Positions 26,077 to 56,696 of a stretch of DNA of 64,000 bases are shown piece after piece. Position numbers and translations under genes: made by a program. Positions within the stretch are counted from its first letter, which is position 1; every line of letters begins with the position of its first letter. Source of the stretch: Octopus bimaculoides (Eukaryota); NCBI RefSeq assembly GCF_001194135.2, contig NC_068983.1, positions 167,809,529-167,873,528 on the forward strand, read 5' to 3'. The notes under the pieces were generated by a model. That model saw nothing but the letters and a program-made list of their open reading frames with translations, made no database searches and was not told the DNA's origin.

Positions 26077-29000
26077 TAAAAAAATTTTAATTAAGGTACT
26101 CAGAAACCTGGATGTTTGTACATTTACAGATTTTTATTAATGTCACATATTAAATGAAGTGCTTTTCACCTAGTCGTGTATGTTTTTCACTCCTCCGATA
26201 TGTGGTACTTGGTGAAGAATGGAGTTTGATTTAGCAACCCTCATTTGCACCTCTTGCCGTGAAGTAGGTTAATCTGGGACTCTCGGCAGGAAGAGGTCCA
26301 GCTTTGATTTAAAAACCCCTACATCTACTTTGGGCAGGTTACTCAGGCTCTTTGGGAAAATATTAAAAAGCTGTGGGCCCCTGAATCCCAAGCTGTTGCA
26401 GTAACTGGTCCTGAAACGCGATGGCATTGCTGGGATCTTTGGCACTATGCAGTGTCGGCCCGTTCTGGCATTGGTGTAGCTTTCAATGCCAAAATTTGGC
26501 ACAATTCCTTCCAGGATCTTCCAGATGTATATTACTGCATACCTCTCCCGCCTTCTCTCCAGGGAGTAGAGTCTTAGCTGTTTCAGCCTTTCCCAGTAGC
26601 TGAGCAGTTGCAAATAGACAATCCTCTTTGTGGGCTTCGAATTTTTCAGCATTAAACTGCATATTATTGTCCTCAGCCCATCTGTATATTGAGTCCAACT
26701 CCTGCTGCAGATATGCAACATTACTGGCATTCTGTATTTTCTGCGAGACTTTCATATCGTCTGTGTAGCTTGCAAGGGTGGCTATCTGGGCACTTGAGGG
26801 CATATCTGAGAGGGCGACTATAAAAAGCAATGGTCCCAAGACAGTGCCCTGTGGAACACCGCTCATTATTTGTGTTTTCATAGAGGTGGCTCCATTAGCC
26901 ACTACTGCCTGACTTCTATCTTTCAGAAAGTCATGTAACCACTCTCCAAGTTTTCCAGCTATGCCAAGATCACGCAGTTTGTGGCATATCACACCATGAT
27001 CCACTTTGTAAAAGCTTTTGCAAAATCAAGGTATATTACGTCCACATTTGAGTTGTTGAGTAACTGCCTCAACACCCAGTCGTAATGTTGTAAGAGCTGG
27101 GTCAGGCAGCTCCTACCTGGTCGAAAGCCATGCTAAGTATCACTCAGCAACTTGAAATCCCTGTGGCTGCCAGTCTACTTCATAGCACGACTGCAAGCAG
27201 TGTTGTGTGTACCATGAGTTTACATGTCAAACAAACACCAATTTGTATTGATCCAAGATAAAGTAGAGTTGTTGAATGGAATGGGTTTCAGTACATAGGC
27301 TGTGGGGCATTGGTTCATCTACTGTTTCTGATATTAAGAAGCAAAGGGATAAAATACTGAAGATCACAGATGGTCTGGCAAAATGTTTAATTCATTAAGG
27401 TTTTTGGAACCAAGGATAAGAGAAACTTAGAGTTGTTCTTGTATTTATAGTTTTATGTTAATTCTCATCCCACTGTACCTTTTTTTTTGTTTTTTTCAGA
27501 GTACTGTATTTTCTAAATGTCACAAAGCAATACCTCCTGAACCATTCTATTTCTCTTGTGTTCATGATATGTGTGCCTGTACTTCCAAATCAGAGTGCTT
27601 GTGTGATATATTACAGATATATGCACATGAATGTGCTAAAACTAATATCAGGTTGAACTGGATATCACAGACAAACTGCCGTGAGTTGATATTTATACAT
27701 TTCTAACAATTTAAACTGAAAAGCAAATTATTTTGTACAACTGCTTCCAGAAAAGATTAAAGAGCCCCTTCTGTTATGAATGACCATGAGATTGCACCTA
27801 GAAAGTTACCTCCTGAAGCACAAGTCCCGGCAAGGTTGTTTATGGAAGACTAGCAATCGCCCATACATAACTAGCATCCCATCTCTATGTTATCCAAGGG
27901 AAAGGCCAATAAATACAGTGATGTTGCAAATCATTTCTACAGCTGAGTGAACTGGAGCAGTGTGAAATAAAGTGTCTTGCTCAAGAACACAACACAAAGC
28001 CTGGTCCAGGAATTGAACTCACTACCTCATGATTGTAAGAACGATGCTCTGAGACATGCACTTTCAACAGCTTGTATAACTATTATATATTCAATATGTG
28101 TGTGAGAGAGTCTCTTTCTTTTTCTCTCTCTCTATATATAGTGAGAGAGTGAGTGGTATATTACAGATATCTACATTTCTCTCCAACTGGTCCAGCTCTC
28201 TTTAATGCCATACCAAAATATGTCAAAACAGAAATGGATCCCATAAAATTCAAAAGTTCTCTGGACCAATTTTTTCAAGAAATCCCAGACCAACCTCCTA
28301 CATCTGGATATGTCTCCAACAATAATAACTCTTTGCTAGAGTGGGGTGGTGGCTATGGTGCCCCATATATAACTAAAAGATTTCACCAGGTGGTGCTATT
28401 AAGTTTGACATGGCCGAAACCTATCAAAGTTATAACTCCACATAGATTATCATCATCCAACCAGCTTCCAGTATAGTTTTTTAAGTAGTTATGATAAACA
28501 GAACATATGTAGGGAAAGATTAAGATAACCCCAAGTACGGATTATTAGTCCCTCCATACGTTTCCACATTTCAGTGATTTGGAGCTCAGCATCGGATGTT
28601 CCAAGTGTATTTGGATGTCTAATGGCAATGGACCATCAAGGAAACATTTTATTGCATTGTGGTGTCTGACTTTAATATCTCAAGTAACTTATAAGTATTT
28701 GGAGAGGAAAGCAAGTGATGGAGAGTGAAAAAAATTGGGAGGGAAGAAACTGAACAACAAAGTAGTGAACAGGAAAAGAGTAAGCAGTGTGGCAAACTGA
28801 AGTTAAGGGCTTTAAAAGAGGAATGTAAGGGTCAACGAAAATACAATGTTGATTTACTAAAACACAAACACACCCAAATAAAATACAGAAAAGCATCATC
28901 ATGCAAATCAATGCAAGTAAAAAGGATGCAAGGCAACACAATAGAACATACTTGGTCGAAAATTAAGGATGCTTTTATTTCATCATTAGAAGAATGCGTA

Positions 29001-31783
29001 GGGTGTGTAAACAAAAAGAATAAGACGTGGATATCACAAGAGATACTAACAGCCATAGAAGTAAGAAAGAAGCTGAAGGAAAAATTACTAAAAATTACTA
29101 TTTCGAAAATTTAGCAATGACAGCAGAAAGTGCAGCCCAGCGCCAGAACATGAAAGAGCTGTACAACACAACTAAATTACTATCCGGGAAGAGAGTAAGA
29201 GTAGAAAAGGCAGTAAAAGGGAAGAATGGCCGGATGCTAACATCAATTCTAGAACAAAAAAATCAATGGAAGGAGCATTTTGAAGATTTGCTCAATAGAC
29301 TACCTCCAGACACAATAGCCAACATTGCGCCAAGAAATTAGGATCTTAACATCAGCCTTGACCCACCGTCCAAGTTTGAAATAAGAAAGGCTATACAATC
29401 CTTCAAGAATGGGAAAGCGGGAGGTGTAGACAATATTCCAGCTGAAGCAATGAAATCAGCTATAGAAATAGCGGTAGAAATGTTTCATCCATTATTTTCT
29501 AAGATATGGTAGGAAGAAAATGTGCCTAATGATTGGAAAGAGGGACTCATCGTAAAATTGCCAAAAAAAAGGTGATTTAAGTGTTTGCGGAAATTATAGA
29601 GGGATTATGTTATTATCAACTCCCGGAAAAGTTTTTAACAGGATACTTTTGGAGCAGATGAGGACAGCAGTTGACAAATTGTTGCGTAAAGAACAAGCCG
29701 GATTTAAGAAGAACCGTTCATGTGTAGATCAAAATGCCACTCTTCGCATCATCTTAGAGCAAAGCGCAGAGTGGAATGCACCGCTTTATATTAATTTTAT
29801 TGATTTCGAAAAAGCATTCGATAGTATAGATAGGGAAGGATTATGGAGAATTATGCAGCACTATGGCATACCAGACAAGTATATATGTATAATAAGAGCA
29901 ACTTACCAAGGAATGTCATGCCAAGTCTTACATGGATAAATTCGAAGTAAAAACAGGAGTTCGACAGGGCTGTATACTTTCTCCCTTTTTATTTCTACTA
30001 GTTATAGATTGGATTATGAAGGAAACTACGATTGAAAGCCAAACAGGCATTGAATGGATGGATGCAGAATCTCTAGAAGATCTCGACTTTGCAGATGATA
30101 TAGCACTACTTTCATAAACATATAAGCCAAATGCAAAATAAAACATCAAAATTAGAAGCAATAGCTGCCAAAGTAGGATTGAAAGTCAATCACGACAAAT
30201 CAAAAATTATGCGTGTTACTGAAGAAAACAGTGAATGTATTAAACTAGAAACCGGTGAACTAGAGGATGTAGCTGAGTTTATGTATTTAGGTAGTAAGAT
30301 AACTTTGTCAGGCGGCACCGACGTAGATATTAAGACGAGAATAAGTAAGGCAAGGACCGCTTTCCACCTGTTAAAAAAAGTATGGAGCGCAAGTGTAATT
30401 TCAATAAAGAACAAAATAAGAATTTTTAACACTAACGTAAAAGTGGTTTTATTGTATGGGGTTGAGACATGGTGAACAACAGTTAAGTCAAATAAGCAAA
30501 TACAATCATTCATCAACAGGTGCTTGCGTAGTATACTTAAAATCAGATGGCCCGAATACATAAGCAATATGGAGCTATGGCAAAGAACGAATCAAGTTTC
30601 GATTAGGGAGCAAATATTTAAGTGGAAGTGGAATTGGTAGCACAATTAGAAAAGACACACCAAATGCAGCGTAAAGTGCTTTACAGTGGAATCCGGATGG
30701 ATATAGAAAGAGGGGTAGGCCTAAGAACTCGTGGCGTAGATCAACACAAAAGGAACTAGAGAAAGGGGGACATTCATGGCAGAGTACAAGTACAGAAGCG
30801 AAAAATTATGCGACATGGAATTCAATTATAAGTGGCCTATACTCCACGTTGGAGGGTTAAAGGCAAGAAAGAAAGAAGAACTAGTGAATGAATATAAATA
30901 AACTATATAAATTAAATGAAGATCAGTGAAAAATAATGTAAATAGGGGAGGAAAAGAAAAACAAGAAGTGTATGAAAAGGAGTGGATAGAGGGGAGTGTA
31001 TTGTGATGGTCAGTATTTCAATTCAGTTCTTGAGGAGGACGACAGCTGGAGCTGCAAAAGTATGAATAGGTTACGACCCTATGTAAAATTGGTAACATCA
31101 ATGGAAAGATATCTTTTCATTTATTTATTTGGTATTACAAATTATGCATCCCTCTATCCTCTCCTTCAAACTTCCTGTTTTTTCTATCGTTCACCTATAT
31201 TTTTTCACTAATCTTCTAAATCTACACAAAAAATGTGTTTCTTTATTTACTTTTATGTTTCTTATCCTGTTTACATTTCTTTCTCTTGTTTACTTTCTTT
31301 CTACTTTCTTCTCTAAATACTTATAAGTTACCTCTACATGTCTGACTTCATATCTCTGTAACAATGCAATGATAGTGCTCCCTTCCTGATCAATTGTAGT
31401 TAGACATCCAAATGCACTTGGAACATCCAATGTTGGGTTCCAAATAACTATGATGGAGAAACATACATTGTTTTAATACTTTCCTGTTCTGACATCAAAT
31501 CCTCCCTTAATAAAAATTATGTCCATATATCAGCTGCCAGTATATTCATATTTTACTTATTTTTTTTTCTTTTCACACTTTAGTGTCCAACTGTGAAGAA
31601 GAGAAAGGCTTTATATTTGATGATTGTGCCTCCCCCTGTCAGCAAACCTGTGACAATACTGATTCTAATGGGAAGCCTATAAACAGATGCTTTAAGCCTT
31701 GTATTTCAGGTTGTCAGTGTTCATCCAATAAAGTGCTGCATGATGGCCATTGTATTAAAGCCAGTGAATGTCCCAAAAATTAA
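1540..31783 (+). CDS. BMPER: BMP-binding endothelial regulator / crossveinless-2-like secreted protein (VWC x4 in window, VWD, C8, TIL); 5'-partial, 14 exons
   Basis: Exons 1540-1622, 6481-6589, 6946-7028, 8086-8188, 10142-10230, 11355-11501, 15736-15892, 17471-17591, 22096-22198, 24359-24460, 24886-25050, 25867-25977, 27500-27680, 31584-31783 all have AG/GT ends and join in one frame (1754 nt) ending in TAA. Domain order VWC(n)-VWD-C8-TIL is that of BMPER/Cv-2. Kielin/chordin-like cannot be excluded because the upstream exons lie outside the window. Confidence 0.85.
2925..4725 (-). mobile_element. decayed RTE-clade LINE (RT and 3' region)
   Basis: Fragments AMYRDAVSKV, GHQGLVLSPLLF, FCYLGDQ, GRGRPRKT; many stops and frameshifts. 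Confidence 0.85.
5259..5615 (+). mobile_element. tRNA-derived SINE, representative of many copies in the window
   Basis: ggcgcaagagtggctatgtg...ccgggttcagtcccactgcg head; the same body recurs near 7270, 18160, 19160, 20620-20770 (inverted), 43240 (weak) and 46560 (inverted). Confidence 0.75.
5616..6011. other. assembly gap (N run)
   Basis: N characters. Confidence 1.
6481..6589 (+). CDS. BMPER: BMPER-like exon, VWC second half (NGKLKCARLSCPDMTMCPEFQLVDPQPGFCCPTCSG)
   Basis: tttcag / gtaagt; CCPxC motif; phase 0 to 1. Confidence 0.9.
6946..7028 (+). CDS. BMPER: BMPER-like exon, VWC first half (STQCTAENVGEITRPKPEDPCFHCECE)
   Basis: tttttcag / gtaaaa; phase matches both neighbours. Confidence 0.85.
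7451..7766 (+). mobile_element. tRNA-headed short element with (AAT)n spacer and Penelope-like hammerhead-containing tail
   Basis: A box tggcgtagtgg 7479-7489, B box gagttcgattcc 7522-7533, (AAT)n 7551-7591, CTGATGA...GAAA core 7648-7679. Confidence 0.6.
7643..7688 (+). ncRNA. minimal type I hammerhead ribozyme motif (possibly inactive)
   Basis: Stem I GACAC/GUGUU, CUGAUGA, extra A, stem II AGCUG/CAGCU with 10-nt loop, GAAA, U-G-U-U cleavage region. Confidence 0.55.
8086..8188 (+). CDS. BMPER: BMPER-like exon, VWC second half (ESLSWVCSKDICSEPTCPLSLQKRVEGTCCAICP)
   Basis: ttttcag / gtcagt; CCxxC motif. Confidence 0.85.
8545..8604. repeat. (AG)n microsatellite
   Basis: Direct reading. Confidence 0.95.
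10142..10230 (+). CDS. BMPER: BMPER-like exon, VWC first half (CYYDLEDKFYEDGETWKDVDNPCVICQCI)
   Basis: ctgtaacag / gtaagt; YxxGExW...PCxxCxC motif. Confidence 0.9.
11355..11501 (+). CDS. BMPER: BMPER-like exon, VWC end and start of next (EQRIQCNMQECPTVNC...CCETC...ACFHNGQTRQ)
   Basis: ttttaag / gtaaga; lies within ORF 11289-11531. Confidence 0.9.
13860..14390. mobile_element. SINE joined to an inverted RTE 3' tail
   Basis: catcatcatcgtttaacatctgctttccatgctagc SINE family plus minus-strand GRGRPTKTWDEVVKHDL RTE terminus. Confidence 0.65.
15736..15892 (+). CDS. BMPER: BMPER-like exon, last VWC (NGEIWSVDECTKCACVEGRPAC...GYCCPTCLA)
   Basis: ccattag / gtaggt; remainder of the final VWC cysteine pattern. 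Confidence 0.9.
16640..16860. mobile_element. dispersed ~230-bp non-autonomous DNA element (MITE-like), one of about five copies
   Basis: Shared core ttttgaaaataatgaagaatttag...gctggtgtttgg...aaattttgatgg...aaaacaggaagt at ~6730-6910 (inverted), 16640-16860, ~21690-21910 (inverted), ~49100-49320, ~58089-58270; the 58089 copy begins ttaaccc. Confidence 0.6.
17471..17591 (+). CDS. BMPER: BMPER-like exon, VWD start (PSTCILYGNNHYRTFDGANIHFRGACNYIMATNCVNNDF)
   Basis: ttgacag / gtaagt; HYxTFDG motif of VWD. Confidence 0.92.
19408..20621 (-). mobile_element. mariner (DD34D-type) transposon with terminal inverted repeats, defective transposase
   Basis: Perfect 27-bp inverted repeat 19412-19438 / 20591-20617 flanked by TA; transposase with HTH (MYGEGAIAERTARDWYAKF), HDNARPH and YSLDLAPMD; premature TAG at 19600-19602; centre hidden by N gap. 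Confidence 0.92.
19877..20293. other. assembly gap (N run)
   Basis: N characters. Confidence 1.
22096..22198 (+). CDS. BMPER: BMPER-like exon, VWD (VEVQHRSSYGTSPQNLTVRFAGLEINLIPNNGIT)
   Basis: ttaaag / gtaagt; the phase 2 to 0 exon needed to bridge its neighbours. Confidence 0.75.
23117..24136 (-). mobile_element. degenerate Tc1-family transposon; a further solo Tc1 end at 22987-23014
   Basis: Diverged TIRs ggggctgaacaaaatcaatagaaaaacc / gtgtttccattattttgtgtctccttg; HTH-like TVSKISLAFRNQGKTSSSKHDSGWKAKLTER and C-terminal CIKAVIDSKGETTPY remnants. Confidence 0.7.
24359..24460 (+). CDS. BMPER: BMPER-like exon, VWD (VDGVYTELPFGHNNDVFVEKINRNLLLQTSTGMK)
   Basis: tttatag / gtagtt; VDG..LP..G.K pattern of VWD. 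Confidence 0.85.
24886..25050 (+). CDS. BMPER: BMPER-like exon, VWD end (LVWNGEGFVE...TCGLCGNFNGSPDDDL...FANGWK)
   Basis: ttgacag / gtatct; CGLCGNFNG hallmark. Confidence 0.95.
25867..25977 (+). CDS. BMPER: BMPER-like exon, VWD-C8 linker (TSIQPEEDCEETTNVHPCSEVSPRLKTLVESKCDIIK)
   Basis: tttttag / gtaatg; in-frame 111 nt. Confidence 0.8.
26270..27150 (-). mobile_element. decayed CR1/L2-group LINE RT and 3' end, internally deleted
   Basis: HGFRPGRSCLTQLL, VIYLDFAKAF, GVPQGTVLGPLLF, YTDD, LYSLERRRERY. Confidence 0.85.
27500..27680 (+). CDS. BMPER: BMPER-like exon, C8 domain (STVFSKCHKAIPPEPFYFSCVHDMCAC...YAHECAK...W)
   Basis: tttttcag / gtgagt; C8 motif. Confidence 0.92.
28160..28345 (+). mobile_element. 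3'-terminal fragment of a related LINE
   Basis: GPALFNAIPK...FKSSLDQFFQEIPDQP resembles GPQLFNIFPK...FKSKLDLFLPRVPD at 26269-26400. Confidence 0.6.
28785..30880 (+). mobile_element. 5'-truncated RTE (BovB-like) LINE, disrupted ORF
   Basis: NYRGIMLLSTPGKVF, EQAGF..NRSCVDQ, FIDFEKAFDS, GVRQGCILSPFLF, LDFADDIALLS, YLGS; (AAGA)-type tail ending at 30880. Confidence 0.92.
31584..31783 (+). CDS. BMPER: BMPER-like terminal exon, TIL domain to stop
   Basis: ctttag acceptor; C..FDDCASPCQQTC...C..PC.SGCQC...CI.ASECP then TAA. Confidence 0.92.
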
Positions 31784-32078
31784 AAGATTAACCAAGAGAG
31801 AGACTTTACAGATTTAACCAGATTATGGTAATCTCATTTTTTAGTTCCCACCTAATTTAATTATGTGGCATTTACTACTAATGCAAGTTTTAAATTAACC
31901 TTCTCACAAACGTGCTAACAGCCTCCCTTTTAAGTTTGTCTTCAATGAGTTTTTAAATCAGTGTTTTCCAGGTGTTTAAAAAGACAGGTTCGTATTTATA
32001 AAGATGGTTACATTGTTAATTTTTATTTTTACCTTTTTTTTTTTATATATATAATTTTTTAATTTTTAGAATAACTTG

Positions 32079-32084
32079 AATAAA
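32079..32084 (+). terminator. candidate polyadenylation signal of the BMPER-like gene
   Basis: AATAAA ~300 nt after the stop, followed by T/GT-rich sequence and then an RTE insertion. Confidence 0.45.
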
Positions 32085-32129
32085 TACTTTTGTGATCTGA
32101 ACATTTTTCTTTTTTCATGTCTCTAATTT

Positions 32130-33760
32130 ATACTGACTGGAAGTGTGGTGGTAGCAGGGAATTGCATCTGACAGTCAGAAGAGAAGCTAGGAGACAAGTT
32201 TACTTAGCCAGAGGGGAAGCAGATAAGAAGAAATTTGCCAATGTTTTGCATTGTGAGGACCAGAGAAGGGACTTGAAGTGTTTCATATTGCAAGACAGTG
32301 TGTGAGAGAAAAGTGTGATATCACAGGAGAGAAATGTGTCCACATGGATGACAGTTCACTTGCATTTAATGATGCTGTAAAGAGAGAGGCTTGGACACAC
32401 TACTTAGAAAGGTTGTTAAACGAAGCCAATGAATGGGAGAGAGAGTCTGCCAACAGAGGGACCAGCTATCCGAACTGACAGTACCTTGGTAGATAAAGCA
32501 ATTAAAAGGTATGAAGACATGGAGAGCCCTCAGTCCATCAGGAATCAGGTGGTGTAGGCTGTAGTCTAGTTGCCCATATAGCTAACCAAATGATACACAA
32601 AGGAATCATACCCAATGACTGGTGTAGCAGCATCATAGTCAACTGCTACAAAGGTGACGCCTTCGATAGAAATAATTACAGAGGCATCAAGTTGTTGGAT
32701 CAGGTGATGAAAGTTATGGGAGAGAGTCATAGCCTGACCAATTAGGGAGAGGGTCAGTTTAGATGAGATGCAGTTTGGGTTTGTGTCAGAGAGAAGTATT
32801 ACTGATGCTATATTTCTGGTAAGACAGCTGCAGGAGAAATTCCAAAGATAAACCTCTGTACTTGGCTTTCGTTGACATGGAGAAAGCCTTTGATAGGATT
32901 CTCCGATCCCTTATCAGGTGGTCAGTGCAGAAAGTAGGGATAGATGAGTGGTTGGTGAGAGCTGTACAAGCCACATACAGGGATGCTGTCAGTAAGGTGA
33001 GGGTTGACAGCGAGTATAGTGAAGAATTCCAGGTAGAAGTAGGGGTTCACCAAGGATCAGTCCTTAGCCCATTCTTGTTCATCAACAGAGGAGCTCCCAG
33101 GGGGCAGCCTATGCTGATGACCTTGTTCTTATAGCTGAATCACTACTAGAACTAGGTTTCAGGTGTGGAAGCAAGGTCTAGAATTGAAGGGCCTTAGAGT
33201 CAATCGAGTAAAAATCATAGTAAGTAGGAAGGCAGACAAATCCCTTCAAGTAGGTGGCCCTGCTCGATATGTAGAAACTCCATAAGATGTACATGGTGTA
33301 AGCCATGGACACATAAGAGGTGCAGCAGTATGAGAGGAAGGTTAACTGGGAAAATAGTTTTTGTGTGTGAAAGATGCAATCAACATCAAAAATGTACAGA
33401 AAACAAAATCCATCACATACCTGGAGGGAAAACTAATAGTTGAGAGGTGACTAAGTCAGTAGCGGAGGTGGATGCTGTGAGAGCGTAGTTGCTAGAATAA
33501 GAATAGGCTGGGCAAAGTTCAGAGAGCTCCTGCTGGTAACAAAGAGTTTCTCGCTCAGAGTGAAAGGTAGACTGTTTGATGCATGTGTGCAAACAGCCAT
33601 GCTGCACGGCAGTGAGACATGGGCTGTGACTGCTGAGGACTTGAATGAAATGATGCTTCGCTGGATGTGTGCATATATGACAGAGTGTAAGCATTTGGAG
33701 ACAAAAATTAGACGTAAGAAACATCAGATGTGGTGTGCAAGTGAGATGACTGGCTCCTGT
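32130..33760 (+). mobile_element. decayed RTE LINE between the two genes
   Basis: AFVDMEKAFD, GVHQGSVLSPFLF, GSETWAV; frameshifts. Confidence 0.85.
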
Positions 33761-34898
33761 GCTGGTGGAATGTAGAAAGCAGCCACTAAACTCTCAGAGT
33801 AGTTGGTGTTAGGAAGGACATCCAGCTGTAGAAAGCTTGCCAAATCAAACTGGAGCTTGGTGCAGCCTGCTAGTTCTCAGTCAAAAAATCCAACCCATGC
33901 CAGCATGGAAAGCAGATGTTAAACAATGATGATGATTTACTCTCAGAAGTTTTTTTAACAAGAAAACTCTCCTGAAATAGTAAAGTACAAAGCTATTATA
34001 TTGTAGAACAATGAATAATAATAATAATATAGCAGAAACAAAAATATCTATTAGACAACTTTATTTTCATGGTATTGGTTGAAATGCTCTGTAGACTTGT
34101 AGGTGGTTAAAACATGAGGATTCTAAGTTTATTTATAACAAACATCAGTTATGTACATTTAATTTTCAGCAGAGAATAACACACGGAGGAAAATTTTGAT
34201 TTGCTTTCTTTCCTATCATTTCAAATGGTGTATGTATGAGTGTTGAAATGTGTAGGAAAGAGGGTTAAAATAATGAAAATAACCCAGCATTTGAAAAGAT
34301 TTCACAGGCAGGGTGTTGGTGGGTGTAAGATGACAGACAAGAAAAAATTTACATGCTTTTTTTTTCAAAAACAAATGTGTGGGGTCAAAAAAAAAAAAAG
34401 TGTGGCAGATAAAGGTGGGGGAATCACAAAAAGCCCAAATCTTTGTCCCCCAATTGCAAAACTCTCTACCCCCTCCCAGCTCTATACATTCACACAAATG
34501 CTTGAACTAAGATTTGTTTCAGTGTCATCTAGACAGTGTAGCATCAGGCTGCCAGGAACTACGTTACACACTTTATCGTGTAAAAGGAACGAGCCAGACT
34601 AGAGGTATATCACAGTGTCAACAGATTATAATTTTGAATATAATCTTACAGAGTTAATTTTTTTGTTAATTGGTGTAGAGGGGGAGGAGTGGCAAAGGAT
34701 TATGATAACCCTAACCCTAACCATTTCGTGACTGAAAATACTGAACAGGTGAGTTATGTGTACTTGAAATATAAAGATCTGATGGTCTTCATCACTAAAA
34801 TCATAACCAAAAGGTTTCTTACATCTGTATTACCATCGAATGTACTACTAACAATTTATGTTGCAGCCAAGCAATCTTTTATAACCCAGCTGACCACT

Positions 34899-35135
34899 AC
34901 AAACATCTTGACCTGCCTGGCATCACCAGTCGATGCCTTTTAAGACAAACATCTTGACCGGCCTGGCATCACCAGTCGATGCCTTTTAAGACAAACATCT
35001 TGACCGGCCTGGCATCACCAGTCGATGCCTTTTAAGATAAACATCTTGACCGGCCTGGCATCACCAGTCAATGCCTTTTAAGACAAACATCTTGACCGGC
35101 CTGGCATCACCAGTCGATGCCTTTTAAGACAAACA
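34899..35135. repeat. 46-bp tandem repeat, 5 full copies plus 7 nt
   Basis: Unit acaaacatcttgaccggcctggcatcaccagtcgatgccttttaag starts at 34899, 34945, 34991, 35037, 35083, with single-base variants in three copies. Confidence 0.97.
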
Positions 35136-36280
35136 AAATGAAAGTCAGCAGAATGAGGCTGAAATAACTAGCAACAGCAATAATCTTTGTCAATTAAGAA
35201 TTCCATACAGAAGACGAAAAAAATAATAATTAGTTCTGGAGTTGTAGCTACACTTACAACAACTAGGCTCCAATAAATTAAACATTACTTTCAGAATGAC
35301 ATTGCAATAATTAATACATTCTGCTAATTATGTAAACAAGTGGCACGAAGGGAATATTTCTGGGGAAAAAAATACACAACATTTTTTTCTTTTAAATTTA
35401 GTCAACTCTAAGATAAGGAAGGATATTTTTTTTAACAGAAGAAACTCGAGAATGGGTGAAAGAAGAAATTGCAATGGATTGTGCTGAAGATGTGGACTTA
35501 AAACTCATTTGTGGATTTTTGAATAATCTAATACAGTTACATTTCATTATTGTAATAATGTTTTTTAAAATGGGGGGGGGGGAGCTGGAGAAAAAATATG
35601 CAGAAACCAAATCAGCACTTATTGAAACTGTGATTTAAAGGACAATATCTACACTCAAATCCTGAGATCAACAAATCCTTTTACACATCAACTCTTTTCA
35701 CTTCAACCCTCTGTCTGAAAACACGAGTCAAAGTCTTCAGCGCTCTAAACAGAGTATACTGTTAAAAAAATAATCTGTTATAGAAACCATTTTCTTCATT
35801 TTACGGAAACGGTAACAGGTTTATTGCTGACCCAGTTTTGAACCAGCAAAATGAAAGAAGTGATCAATGTCGATCAGCGTTTTTTTTGTTTTCTTTGCAA
35901 GGTTGCACAGGTCCATGTTGTGAAGCAACTGTTGCTTCACAATGTCCAACATGTCAAAGACATTGCAGTCAATTCTTTGTAATGCTTTCATCACAGACAA
36001 ACTGATATTAAAGAAGAATAATTGAGATCGGAAGACTAAGTGTGTAATAGTGGCCAGACATTATCAATTCTACGTATAACTGAATTTAAGAAAGATTAAA
36101 AATAGAAGGGAAAAAATGCCCTCAAAATATCAGTAGTGCCTGGTGTGACGGTAAGAGAATCTCTTTTTAAACTCTGAGTTTAAAAGATAAAAAAATTGAC
36201 CAAGCAACTTGTTTGTAGCTTTTTTTTTTTTTTGTTGTTGATTAGGTTTTCTTCATGTCCACTCACTGGTCTTAATTTGA

Positions 36281-56254
<19,974 letters not shown>

Positions 56255-56696
56255 CTAAGGGAAAGGTAGTTGTTGAACATTTATAAGAAAGCACACAAAC
56301 AAAAACCATAGCTTTAAATGAATGACACTGAAGAATATTGGACATAAGAAAACATTTCATTCCTGATTTACTCAAACCTGGAAAATTAAAACGTTCCAAT
56401 TACAAACTTGAAATTCATGACAAAACTTATGGAAATTATAAAAGAAAACAAATATTGCTTTTCTGACGGTAAAATTGAAAATACTCTTGAAGCAAAGTGT
56501 TAATCTAGAAACCTTGCTTCACAGTTATGATTCAGCTAACTTACTTTAAAGTCAGTCATTAGTATCATAATGGCTATTGTTAAATTGGGCTTGTTGTACA
56601 ATGAGAATTTTGCCAGAAATCATAACCTTTTTTCTCATATTTCACACAATTTGCACTACCAAAATGTCAAATATATATATATATATGCATACATAC

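Noticed and set aside
34899-35135. CRISPR-like array
   Set aside because: Units are head-to-tail with no unique spacers, there are no cas genes, and the context is eukaryotic; it is a minisatellite.
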